A stretch of DNA of 60,276 nt from a virus. The notes beneath the pieces are model-generated. The model did no database searches. It saw only the letters and a list, made by a program, of their open reading frames with translations, and was not told the origin of the DNA. Made by a program: the position numbers and the translations under genes. The stretch is from positions 1 through 60,276 of IMG/VR virus record IMGVR_UViG_3300009709_000005; one strand, given 5' to 3'. This document shows positions 1 through 8,338 of the stretch, piece after piece (position 1 is the stretch's first letter; each line of letters starts with the position of its first letter).

Positions 1-123
1 AACCGATGGTTATGTTTCGTTTGCCCGGACTACGGTTTACAAGATCACGCAACCACCGATACCTCTCCGCATCCCGCTGATCCCCCGCCAAGGCTGACTC
101 GATGACTTTGGCGGCGGCGCGGG
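1..123. repeat. terminal redundancy / circular-closure overlap, copy 1 (identical to 60154..60276)
   Basis: Bases 1-123 match the last 123 bases of the window base-for-base; a minus-strand ORF continues in frame across the junction. Confidence 0.95.
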
Positions 124-331
124 TGTTCCATGCTGATATGACATGCACGCGCGCATCATCACCGCAGAAATAATGCTGGCGACTACCAGCGCCGCATTTC
201 AAGCAGCCTACGGCGGCAAATCTTCCATCTTCATCTTCTTGCTCAACGGCAACGGCTTCGCCATTGCAAAAAGGACAGGGCAACAGCTCAACAGCCTTGT
301 CGATCACCTCATCGGTCAGTGGGTTGGTCAT
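1..331 (-). CDS. Lar-family restriction-alleviation-like zinc-ribbon protein; 5' part of a 138-aa ORF that wraps through the junction (3' part 60068..60153)
   Basis: ATG at 331 overlaps the upstream stop (ATGA). Own translation MTNPLTDEVIDKAVELLPCPFCNGEA..GCLKCGAGS..VISAWNTRAA fits the CPFCG..CxxCG..AWNxR Lar pattern. The frame runs on into 60153..60068. Confidence 0.6.
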   Translation of the reverse strand, partial: MTNPLTDEVIDKAVELLPCPFCNGEAVAVEQEDEDGRFAAVGCLKCGAGSRQHYFCGDDARVHVISAWNTRAAAKVIESALAGDQRDAERYRWLRDLVNRSPGKRNITIG

Positions 332-639
332 GACACTAACTCCTCCCACTCGTTCATTTGAGCGATTTTTGTTTCGACGCGTGCCTGCGTTGCAGCGATA
401 CCGGCGTCGCTGTCCAGGCCCAAAAACGTAATCGTGCAGGCGATCTGAGCTAGTACGTCAGCCATCTCTTCCGTAAGCCGCTGCCGGTTGGTCTTGCCGC
501 TGCTGGGGTCGATCTCGTCGATGCCCTGTATGGTAATGCGCGAGCACACGCCCGCCAGCTCTGAAGCTTCCTCGCCGGTTTTACCAGCGCGGCGTATTAG
601 TCGTTTGTCATCGGGGGCGTTCCACGCGTTCATAGCCAT
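328..639 (-). CDS. MazG-like nucleotide pyrophosphohydrolase
   Basis: Paired EExxE/D-type motifs (AGKTGEEASELAGV and LTEEMADVLAQI) in a ~100-aa all-helical protein. ATG at 639 overlaps the upstream stop (ATGA). Confidence 0.6.
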   Translation of the reverse strand: MAMNAWNAPDDKRLIRRAGKTGEEASELAGVCSRITIQGIDEIDPSSGKTNRQRLTEEMADVLAQIACTITFLGLDSDAGIAATQARVETKIAQMNEWEELVS

Positions 640-734
640 CACCCGATATTGATCTTGCGAAGCAGCAGCGCGACGGCGCCCACGCCGCACACGAAGCCGA
701 TGCCGAACGCGGCAAATAAGTAATAATAGTTCAT
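639..734 (-). CDS. 31-aa hydrophobic membrane peptide
   Basis: MNYYYLFAAFGIGFVCGVGAVALLLRKINIG has one TM-like stretch. It is coupled by ATGA overlaps to both neighbours. Confidence 0.4.
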   Translation of the reverse strand: MNYYYLFAAFGIGFVCGVGAVALLLRKINIG

Positions 735-3658
735 GGTGTTTTGCTCTCCGGTGGATCCATCGCGAGCGACGGATGGTTCATGTCGATCTGCCATACACGG
801 GTCGGGGTGTTCGGCAAGTTGGTGCCCGCAGCCAACCGCTTCATGATGTTCGTGCCGGTGAGAATCCCGGCGTCCTCGAGCCCGCGCTTCAGCCACGCCA
901 TGTCGATGCGTTTGTGCTGGCAATACTCGCGCATCGCCGAGACCGACAGCCATGCTTCGTGCGCCCGCGCGCCTTTGAACTCAACGCGATTCTTGATCGT
1001 GCGGATCTGCATACTCGGGCCATCAAGGTTGATCGCGCCCTCGCGAAAGTACAGCGTACCGTCGATGGTGTTGTTGAAATAGTCACCGAGGATCTGCAAT
1101 GGTGATGCGTGACTCTGCTCGACCTCTTCGCGCACTTCGACCGTCTGGCCCGATGCCCACGCCACCAGCGCCTCAACGTCGTACTCGTGGAGCCCCAGCC
1201 GCTTGGCGATCGTGCCGCCGACCCGGATGGCCGCTAGGAAAGCCACCCAGAACCGCTCGTCGGTGCCACGCTGCTGTTCGGCGTCGATCTTCGCCATCGC
1301 CTTGACCATCAGCTCGCGGATTGTAGGCACATGCTTGACCACGTACTCCATGAACACCCGGCCGGCGACGCCGTAGTTTTTCCGCAGCTGCGCCATGGCT
1401 TCATCGAGCATCGGCTTGAACTGCGTCGCGCCTTCCAACTTATCAACAGTCACCTCGTACACGCGCATCGCTTCGGCGTTGTAGCCCAGCCGCGCCTCGG
1501 CCAGCTTGGTGTAGAGGCTGGTGTTGGACGACGCCGCCACGATCGTGTCCCATGTGGTCTCGTTGATCGCGTTGTGTCCGGTGCGCGTGGCGCGCATCTT
1601 GCCGCGGCCGCCGGTGAAGTTCAGCACGAAATTGCCCAGCCGGTCGGGCTCCATCTTTGTCATCTCGTCGAACGCCACCGGCACGCTGTTCAAGTACCCA
1701 AGCATGTTGTACATCGGGATCTCGTTGTCGGTGTGCTGCAGGTGCTTCTCGCTGGGCTGGCCCCAGACCGACGACATGATCTTCAGCGCGGTGGATTTGC
1801 CGATGCCCGATGGGCCGACCATGTTGTAGAGCACGCCGCTGTACTCGGTCAGCGCCAGCAGCGGCGCGGCAAAACCCAGCAGCGCAGCGATTTGATAGGC
1901 CTCGGTATCGGGCACCTTTGTGTAGACGTTGAACGCCTTTTTCCACGCGTCCAGTTCGCCAGCCGCGGCGACCGCCATCGATGGCGCCTTGAGGAAATGG
2001 GCGAAGCTGCCGGCCACCAGCGGATCGGCCGCCGAGATGTAGCCGTTACCCACGACGAACTTCGGATCCTTGGTGGTGACGTCTCGCCAGCCGAAGCGGG
2101 AGAACTCGGTTTCTGCGCTGTAGTCCACCTGCATGCTCCTCACGTAATCGACAAAATACTTCGCGATGAATTTGACTTGGCCATACTCCGGCAGCACGCC
2201 GCGGCCGACGAGGAACGAGGCCAGCTTTTTCTGGTCGGCCAGATTCTCCGTGGGCATCTTGAATGTGCGCATGCCGTCGCGCGGCAGGTGCAGCCGGACC
2301 TCCAGCACTTCGGTCTCGATGTTCTCGGTGCGAAAGCGCTTCGTCGGGTACAAGTCGTAGTCGTAGACCTTGGTGATGACTTCGGACCACTCACCCGTTT
2401 CGTCATCCTTGATCTTGAGTCGTGTAAACACTCCGCCATCTTCGCCGCGGAAGTACGGCGCCGGCGGCACCGGGATCATCACCGTTTCCTGCGTGATTGC
2501 TCCCTCCGCGCCGTGCACGGCCGTCTCCACCGCCAGCGGCTCCGTGATGGGGCGCGACAGGCGCGCGGCGCTCACCGGTGATTTGACAGCGCCCAGAAAC
2601 GGGCAGCCGACGCACCAGTCGCGGCGATCATCCTGCAGCCTCGCGCACGTCGTGGGGCCGGTCTGGCCACGCACGGCCTGCAGATATTTTTTCTCGGTCT
2701 CCGCCGGCTGATACTCGCTATGGCCCTTCGAGAAGGCGTGGGCGATCACCTCACCGGTCAGGGTCTGCCCCTGCTTGCCAACGGCTGTCACGTAGGGCGC
2801 CAAGCCCAGCACGGCGTACCATCCGGGCTCACCCACGCCCTCGGGGTCTTTCAGGTAGCTCGACACCCAGTTGCAGTTGCGCACCAGCTGCTTGAGTGCC
2901 ACCGGCTGCATCTCGTCGCGCTCGATGTCCAGCGACACGGACGGTACGGCCTTAGTTGGCTTGTTGCCCGATAGCCCCGCGCCGCCGTAGGTCTGCAGCA
3001 TCTTGGCAAACTCGCCGAAGTCGAGCTCATCGTCGTACCACTGCTCGATCTGGACCAGCACGCGGGTGCCGTTCTTCAGGTTGTACGTTTCCGGTACTCG
3101 CAGCACGCCGGCACTATCGGAGACGCGCGAACCATCGCCTACGATCTGTGGCTCCAACAGCGAGATCACGCGCTTGAACTTCTGCGCGACCACGGTCCAC
3201 TCGCTGGACTTCACGCCCTCCATCATCGGCCAATAGACGTGCAGCCCGTAGCCGGAGTTGACCACGATGGGCTGGGGCATCCCCAGCTTTTCAATCAGGC
3301 GCTGCAGCCCCTCGCGACCTTCTTCCTGTGACTCGTAAAACCGACCCGGCTCGTGCTTGGGATGGCCCGGTGGATGAATGTCGATGTCGAGTACGAAACA
3401 GCGGGTGTGCGAGGAGTTGGCCTGCGTGCGCACCCGCTTCGTGCCATTGTCGTCGACGCTCGCTTCGACCAGCGTGGAGATGCCGAAATAGTAGTCGTAA
3501 ACCTTGGGCTGGCCGTCCTGCAGGAACGCGTAGGCGTCCTCGATCGTGTCGCACACTTGATGACGCATACCGCCCGTCAGCGGGCGTTTGTAGGCAATAA
3601 CCGGTAGCCCGTTGTGCGGCAGCACAGCGTGCAGAAAATCGCGTTGAGTATGTGGCAC
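731..3658 (-). CDS. bifunctional AEP primase-polymerase / SF3 (D5-like) replicative helicase
   Basis: N-terminal FVLDIDIH and SGYGLHVYW prim-pol motifs, a Cys cluster (CARL..CVGCPF), and Walker A GPSGIGKST further on. GTG start with AGGGG RBS. Confidence 0.8.
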   Translation of the reverse strand: MPHTQRDFLHAVLPHNGLPVIAYKRPLTGGMRHQVCDTIEDAYAFLQDGQPKVYDYYFGISTLVEASVDDNGTKRVRTQANSSHTRCFVLDIDIHPPGHPKHEPGRFYESQEEGREGLQRLIEKLGMPQPIVVNSGYGLHVYWPMMEGVKSSEWTVVAQKFKRVISLLEPQIVGDGSRVSDSAGVLRVPETYNLKNGTRVLVQIEQWYDDELDFGEFAKMLQTYGGAGLSGNKPTKAVPSVSLDIERDEMQPVALKQLVRNCNWVSSYLKDPEGVGEPGWYAVLGLAPYVTAVGKQGQTLTGEVIAHAFSKGHSEYQPAETEKKYLQAVRGQTGPTTCARLQDDRRDWCVGCPFLGAVKSPVSAARLSRPITEPLAVETAVHGAEGAITQETVMIPVPPAPYFRGEDGGVFTRLKIKDDETGEWSEVITKVYDYDLYPTKRFRTENIETEVLEVRLHLPRDGMRTFKMPTENLADQKKLASFLVGRGVLPEYGQVKFIAKYFVDYVRSMQVDYSAETEFSRFGWRDVTTKDPKFVVGNGYISAADPLVAGSFAHFLKAPSMAVAAAGELDAWKKAFNVYTKVPDTEAYQIAALLGFAAPLLALTEYSGVLYNMVGPSGIGKSTALKIMSSVWGQPSEKHLQHTDNEIPMYNMLGYLNSVPVAFDEMTKMEPDRLGNFVLNFTGGRGKMRATRTGHNAINETTWDTIVAASSNTSLYTKLAEARLGYNAEAMRVYEVTVDKLEGATQFKPMLDEAMAQLRKNYGVAGRVFMEYVVKHVPTIRELMVKAMAKIDAEQQRGTDERFWVAFLAAIRVGGTIAKRLGLHEYDVEALVAWASGQTVEVREEVEQSHASPLQILGDYFNNTIDGTLYFREGAINLDGPSMQIRTIKNRVEFKGARAHEAWLSVSAMREYCQHKRIDMAWLKRGLEDAGILTGTNIMKRLAAGTNLPNTPTRVWQIDMNHPSLAMDPPESKTP

Positions 3659-3669
3659 GCCCCGCCCCT

Positions 3670-3948
3670 CTATTTAATTTCTTCGATCAGCGCACGTAGC
3701 GCTGCGGGCTCTTCTGGTTGCGTGAGGCCTTGATGTTTGCCGAAAGGGAGTTTGCCTGCCTCGACCAGCTCCTCCATCGCCTCGACTACGGTGGTGAGCC
3801 GCGCCTCGACGATGGGCAGGAGCTTGGGGTCTTCGGCTTTCTGGATCCGGTAGATGGTCGTGAAATGCACACCAACCACCTCCGCGATACTGCGGGGGGA
3901 TACCCCCGCAGTACGGATCACCCGAGACAGGCGATCGCTTAGGCTCAC
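3670..3948 (-). CDS. small helix-turn-helix DNA-binding protein
   Basis: SPRSIAEVVGVHFTTIYRIQKAE is HTH-like. GTG start overlaps the upstream stop (GTGA). Confidence 0.5.
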   Translation of the reverse strand: MSLSDRLSRVIRTAGVSPRSIAEVVGVHFTTIYRIQKAEDPKLLPIVEARLTTVVEAMEELVEAGKLPFGKHQGLTQPEEPAALRALIEEIK

Positions 3949-4997
3949 AGATCCAGACCTGCGAGGATGTCGTCGATCTCGTCGTCAGCGGACTCCTGCA
4001 CGGCGGGCGCCGGGGCTGCGGCCTTGGGCTTCGGTGCAGCCGGCTTGGGCGCCGTAGCGGCCGGTGCCGGAGCTTTGGCGGGTACGGGCTTGGGGGCAGC
4101 TGGCTTGGGCTTGGCAGCGGCCGGCGGAGCGACTTCTTCGACTTCCTCCTCTTCCTCGACCACCGGGGCGGCCTTCGGTGCGGGCTTGGGTTTCGGCTTG
4201 GCAGCCGCCGGTGCTGGTGCAGGTGGCGCATCGTCGGTCTCGGTGGCCGCGGTGTTGAACTTCACCTCGACGTACTGCTCGATCTCGGCCGGGGTCTCGT
4301 TGAGCTGTTCGATCATCTCCTGATCGAGCTCGCTGATGAAGCGCAGCGGCTGGAACAACAGCTTCGGCACCGACTGGTCGGTATCGAACGACAGGCGGGT
4401 CACGATCTGGCCCGGGTCGAGGCTGCGGTTCTTCAGCGCCTTGGCGTACTCGTTGAGCGAATACTTCTGCTCCTTGGGGTGCGAGTCGCCAAACAGGCCC
4501 ATGGCGGCCACGTCGAGGCGGTAAATCGTGTTGGTCTCGTCCTCGGCCAGACGCACGGCCAGCCGGCGAAAGAAGCCGCACGCGCGCCCCTTGTTGCCGT
4601 CGTCGCCCATCTTCGAGCCCTTGACGTTCTGAGGGCAGGTGTCGCACGCGGTGGACTGCTTGTTGTGGACGTCCTCGGCCGGCACCACGCCGTCGACGCT
4701 GTAGCAAGTGGGTGGTGCGTTGGTTTCCGCTTTCGCGTCGTACTTGCCCGCGTAGAACTTGCGCGACACTTTCGGCTGCACCTTGACGAAGATCACGTCG
4801 AGGTAGTTTTCATCCCACACGCCCACCTCTTCGCCGCGGATCTCCTGACGGAAGCGAGAGCCCTTGACGCCGATGCGGTTGACGGCGATGCCGCCGATGC
4901 CGGACATGAGGCCTTCGGAGAGGCCGGTCTCCTTGCCCTGCAAATGGGCCGGGAGTTGAAGGTTTGCATTATCGAGAAGCGACAGGCCTTTGGACAT
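3945..4997 (-). CDS. putative ssDNA-binding protein with Cys4 element, PAPK-rich linker and acidic C-terminal tail
   Basis: C..C..C..C cluster (CYSVDG..CDTCPQ..ACGFF), about 80 aa of A/P/K low complexity, and an ending of ESADDEIDDILAGLDL typical of SSB tails. AGGAA RBS. Confidence 0.4.
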   Translation of the reverse strand: MSKGLSLLDNANLQLPAHLQGKETGLSEGLMSGIGGIAVNRIGVKGSRFRQEIRGEEVGVWDENYLDVIFVKVQPKVSRKFYAGKYDAKAETNAPPTCYSVDGVVPAEDVHNKQSTACDTCPQNVKGSKMGDDGNKGRACGFFRRLAVRLAEDETNTIYRLDVAAMGLFGDSHPKEQKYSLNEYAKALKNRSLDPGQIVTRLSFDTDQSVPKLLFQPLRFISELDQEMIEQLNETPAEIEQYVEVKFNTAATETDDAPPAPAPAAAKPKPKPAPKAAPVVEEEEEVEEVAPPAAAKPKPAAPKPVPAKAPAPAATAPKPAAPKPKAAAPAPAVQESADDEIDDILAGLDL

Positions 4998-5012
4998 GGT
5001 TTGGGTTCCTGA

Positions 5013-5408
5013 TTAACCGCGACGCACGGTGACGGTGTATTCGTTGAAGGAAGTGATGCCCGGCAGCTCTTCAGCATCGGGCTCGGCGAGGTATTCGGCA
5101 ACAGCCTTGGCGGAGAGGCGTTTCTCCATAAAATCAAACCGCCCCAGCTCCGCCATCTTGGGCCAGAAGTTGGTCCAGTCGGTGCAGTTGTAACGCACCT
5201 TCAACTGGCGGAACGCGGTGCCGATGCCCTTGGTCTTGAGCGTGTCGGTCCCGACTTCCTCCATGTTCTTGAGCAGCCAGTTTTCCAGCTTGGTCTGCTT
5301 CTCTTTATCGACGTCATCCTCCGCCTTGAACGCTGCGGCACGCTCCGCACGCTTGTCGCGCAGCAGCAAGTAAGCTTCGATGACTTTCGCCGCCGGTGTA
5401 TCGGTCAT
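5013..5408 (-). CDS. hypothetical protein (replication module)
   Basis: ORF with GGGAG RBS before the ATG at 5408; no motif recognised. Confidence 0.5.
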   Translation of the reverse strand: MTDTPAAKVIEAYLLLRDKRAERAAAFKAEDDVDKEKQTKLENWLLKNMEEVGTDTLKTKGIGTAFRQLKVRYNCTDWTNFWPKMAELGRFDFMEKRLSAKAVAEYLAEPDAEELPGITSFNEYTVTVRRG

Positions 5409-5475
5409 GGTGATCTCCCGTTTGATCTCGCCCGTCCGCGAGTGTTGCACATGCTACACAGTGATTGGGGGTCCG

Positions 5476-7014
5476 TCAAGCGACGAACTGTCGGTACAGG
5501 TCCAGCAGCAGCGCTTGAAGCTGGGCCTTGTTTTGCAGCACCTTGAAGATCGCCCACTCGAACGGATGCGCGCCGATGTGGGTGATCGTGCATTCCTGTT
5601 TCTGGCCCTTGCGCAAGATGCGCGCGTTGGCCTGCTCGTAGTCCTCGATCGAGAAAATCGGGGCGTACCAGATGATGTTGCTGGCGGCCGTTAGCGTCAG
5701 GCCGTGGGCAGTTGTCTTCGGGTGCGCGATCAGCACCTTGGGACCGTTGGGGTCGTTCTGAAACTCGTGGAAGATCCGGCTGCGCTCAGTCTGGTTTACC
5801 GAACCGTTGACGATCACGCTGCTGTACTTGGTGTCGATCACCTGCTTGAGCCGCGCCATCACGAACAGGAACGGCACAAACACGATCACCTTGCCCGGGA
5901 TCTCCTCCAGCAATTCCATCAACACGTCGACGCGCGGCTTGTCGTTGAGGATCACCGGATCGCCCGAGTCGTCCTTGACGATGCCACAGCACACCTGCTG
6001 CAGCTTCACGACCTTGACCGCGGCGTTGGCGGCCGTGATGGTCACGGCGTCGTTCTCGTGCTTCATGGTCTTGCGCAGCTGCTCGAACGTGGCCAGCTGC
6101 TCTTTGGACAGCTCGCAGTACCGGTTGTTGTACGTCATCGGTGGCAGGTCCAGACAGTCGGCTTTCTTGAACCGCACCGCTGGCTGCATCGCCGCCCACA
6201 CCATATCCATCGCGCCCTCTTTGGCCACCCATTTGTAGGGGCCGGCCGGGCGCATCACGGTCTCCTGAAACAGCCGAAAGCTGCCCGGCACTGACGCAGG
6301 GTTGACCAGCCGGCACATGGCCCACGCATCGGTCGGCGCGTTCGGTACCGGCGTGCCCGTCATCATCCACAGCCGCGTCTCGGCTTTCAGCAGCGACTTC
6401 AGCGCCTTGTAGCGTTCGGTCGACGCGTTGCGGTACGTGGCTGCCTCATCGACGATGATCAGGTCGAACTTGTCTTTAAGCGCATCTTTCATGCCGGTGA
6501 GGCCGTCGAAATTGATCACGCAGATCGGATCATTCGCAGCCAGCACGTCGAGGCGCTTCGCACGCGTACCCATCATCATACCCACGGACAGGTGCGGCAC
6601 TGTGGTGAACCCTTCATCGACCCAGACCTTGGTCACGCTGACCGGGCAAATCACCAGCACGCGCCGAACGTAGCCGCGCTGCTTCAAATAATCGACAGCC
6701 CACAGCGCAGCAGAGGACTTTCCAGTTCCCATGTCCGACAGCACGAACGCGCGCTTGTTGAGCGTCAGAAACTCGGCCGTCTCGGTTTGATGGCTCATCG
6801 GCGTGTAGCGACCGGCGAACTTGAACCCGTCGTAGAGCATCGGGCTGGGCGCGTTGAGCCCAAGGTTGCGCAGCACGCACACTTCGTCCAGCAGGTGCTT
6901 CACCGCTGTGATGGTCTTGCCTTTGTACTGGAACGATTTGGAGCGCGGGATCACGTCCGTGATCAGCTCCGGTTTGTCGACCACCATCAGCAGATTGCCA
7001 TTACGAACTTGCAT
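5476..7014 (-). CDS. SNF2/Rad54-family helicase
   Basis: Motif I DMGTGKS, motif II IIVDEAA, C-terminal helicase block HGLTLTAAS. Start at 7014 (MQVRNG) is favoured over 7068. Confidence 0.85.
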   Translation of the reverse strand: MQVRNGNLLMVVDKPELITDVIPRSKSFQYKGKTITAVKHLLDEVCVLRNLGLNAPSPMLYDGFKFAGRYTPMSHQTETAEFLTLNKRAFVLSDMGTGKSSAALWAVDYLKQRGYVRRVLVICPVSVTKVWVDEGFTTVPHLSVGMMMGTRAKRLDVLAANDPICVINFDGLTGMKDALKDKFDLIIVDEAATYRNASTERYKALKSLLKAETRLWMMTGTPVPNAPTDAWAMCRLVNPASVPGSFRLFQETVMRPAGPYKWVAKEGAMDMVWAAMQPAVRFKKADCLDLPPMTYNNRYCELSKEQLATFEQLRKTMKHENDAVTITAANAAVKVVKLQQVCCGIVKDDSGDPVILNDKPRVDVLMELLEEIPGKVIVFVPFLFVMARLKQVIDTKYSSVIVNGSVNQTERSRIFHEFQNDPNGPKVLIAHPKTTAHGLTLTAASNIIWYAPIFSIEDYEQANARILRKGQKQECTITHIGAHPFEWAIFKVLQNKAQLQALLLDLYRQFVA

Positions 7015-7354
7015 TGAGGAGCGCCTTGATTCGGAGTGCCCGGGCTTCGAGCTTCTGGAAAAATGCATCGAGTCGATCGACGTTGGCCATGTTCACGACC
7101 ACAGCAAATCCACCCGCAGTGCGAATGTCTTTGATGCGCGCCGCCTGAAGATCCGACGGTTTTTTCTTTGTCCCGGCTTTCGCTTCGATGGCCCAAAACA
7201 AGCCATGGAGCGTGCCAATGTAGTCTGGCCAGCCGTTGGAGCCAAACATCGACCCCGCCGTTTTATTGTACGCCATCACACCGCGCTGGACGTAAGGCTT
7301 GAGGACTGCGTCGATCTTTTTCTTAACCTTGGCTTCGGGCGTTGTTGCGGCCAT
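7001..7354 (-). CDS. VRR-NUC domain nuclease
   Basis: PDYIG..FWAIEAKAGTKKKPSDLQ..GGFAVVV fits the D..ExK VRR-NUC core. GGAGA RBS before the ATG at 7354. Confidence 0.75.
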   Translation of the reverse strand: MAATTPEAKVKKKIDAVLKPYVQRGVMAYNKTAGSMFGSNGWPDYIGTLHGLFWAIEAKAGTKKKPSDLQAARIKDIRTAGGFAVVVNMANVDRLDAFFQKLEARALRIKALLNASS

Positions 7355-7538
7355 AGCCTTTCTCCGCGTAGGCCTTGTTCTTGCGCTCGCGTGGCTCGTG
7401 AACCTGTTCACGCATCAGACGTGCAAGCTGCTCTAGCGATACGCGGTATTCGTCTTGCCGGCACATCGGCGCCTTCATTACTTCGGCAACCCAATCGCGT
7501 AATTTATCGGCTAGCGAACCGGGGCGTGTCCTGCTCAT
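7323..7538 (-). CDS. hypothetical protein
   Basis: ATG at 7538 overlaps the upstream stop (ATGA). Confidence 0.4.
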   Translation of the reverse strand: MSRTRPGSLADKLRDWVAEVMKAPMCRQDEYRVSLEQLARLMREQVHEPRERKNKAYAEKGYGRNNARSQG

Positions 7539-7729
7539 GACTCCAGCTCCACCCACACCTGCTTGCCGTTGAACTCGCCCTTGTACTTGATGATGCCCTG
7601 CTCCACGAGCCGCGCCGCAGCCTGCCGTTTGGGCAGGCACAGCACGCAGCCTTTCTTGCCGATGTACTGGCCGTGAAGCGCGATCTCGCGCAGCACCGAC
7701 TCCTCAAAAAGATCCTTGACCAGCTGCAT
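7535..7729 (-). CDS. hypothetical protein
   Basis: ATG at 7729 overlaps the upstream stop (ATGA). Confidence 0.45.
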   Translation of the reverse strand: MQLVKDLFEESVLREIALHGQYIGKKGCVLCLPKRQAAARLVEQGIIKYKGEFNGKQVWVELES

Positions 7730-7992
7730 CACGCCACCTCTTTCACGTTGGCCAGCTCGGCCTTGAAAATGTTGGGGTAGACCGCGATGCTCTCCGGCGT
7801 CTCGTTGGTCAGCACCACGGTGGTCTGCAGTTGATACTTCTTGCCGGCCTTCGTCAACTGCCACAGCAGGCCGTACGAGCCGTCACCGTTTAGCCGTCTG
7901 GACGGCCCGGTCACGACGTAGCCTTGGGCCTCGGCCACCACGATCGCTTCGGTCACCAGCTGTTGAAATTTCGCGGAGTCGGCGGCGTTCAT
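7729..7992 (-). CDS. hypothetical protein
   Basis: 87-aa ORF; ATGA coupling at 7989-7992. Confidence 0.5.
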   Translation of the reverse strand: MNAADSAKFQQLVTEAIVVAEAQGYVVTGPSRRLNGDGSYGLLWQLTKAGKKYQLQTTVVLTNETPESIAVYPNIFKAELANVKEVA

Positions 7993-8336
7993 TTCTGCGA
8001 CTCCAATTTTAGGCCTAGCTTACGGGCTTGTGTTTTTAAGCGTTCAATTTGGTGTTTACGATCTCGCTCAGCTTGATCTTCGGCGCGTTTTCTACGTAAG
8101 CCAATGAGCGATTTTTGAGTGATGCCCAACAACTTGCATGCAGCTGCCCGCACTTCCTTGTTGGTGCCGTTGTATGGGCTCAGCAGGTCGAAATCGCGGT
8201 TGCCTACGTTGTACACCGCGCCGTCTTTGGTTTTGGCCAACGTGATTTGTCTGTTCACCCGAACAATTAAAGCGTCCGCATAATTGGTGTAAAGCGCCAA
8301 AGGCGGAAGGCGGTAGTTTTCGTTGTAGGCGTGCAT
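7989..8336 (-). CDS. hypothetical low-GC protein with C-terminal HTH-like / basic coiled segment
   Basis: 115-aa ORF directly downstream of the intein-bearing gene. Visibly AT-richer than its neighbours. KEVRAAACKLLGITQKSLIG resembles small HTH modules. Confidence 0.45.
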   Translation of the reverse strand: MHAYNENYRLPPLALYTNYADALIVRVNRQITLAKTKDGAVYNVGNRDFDLLSPYNGTNKEVRAAACKLLGITQKSLIGLRRKRAEDQAERDRKHQIERLKTQARKLGLKLESQK

Positions 8337-8338
8337 AA

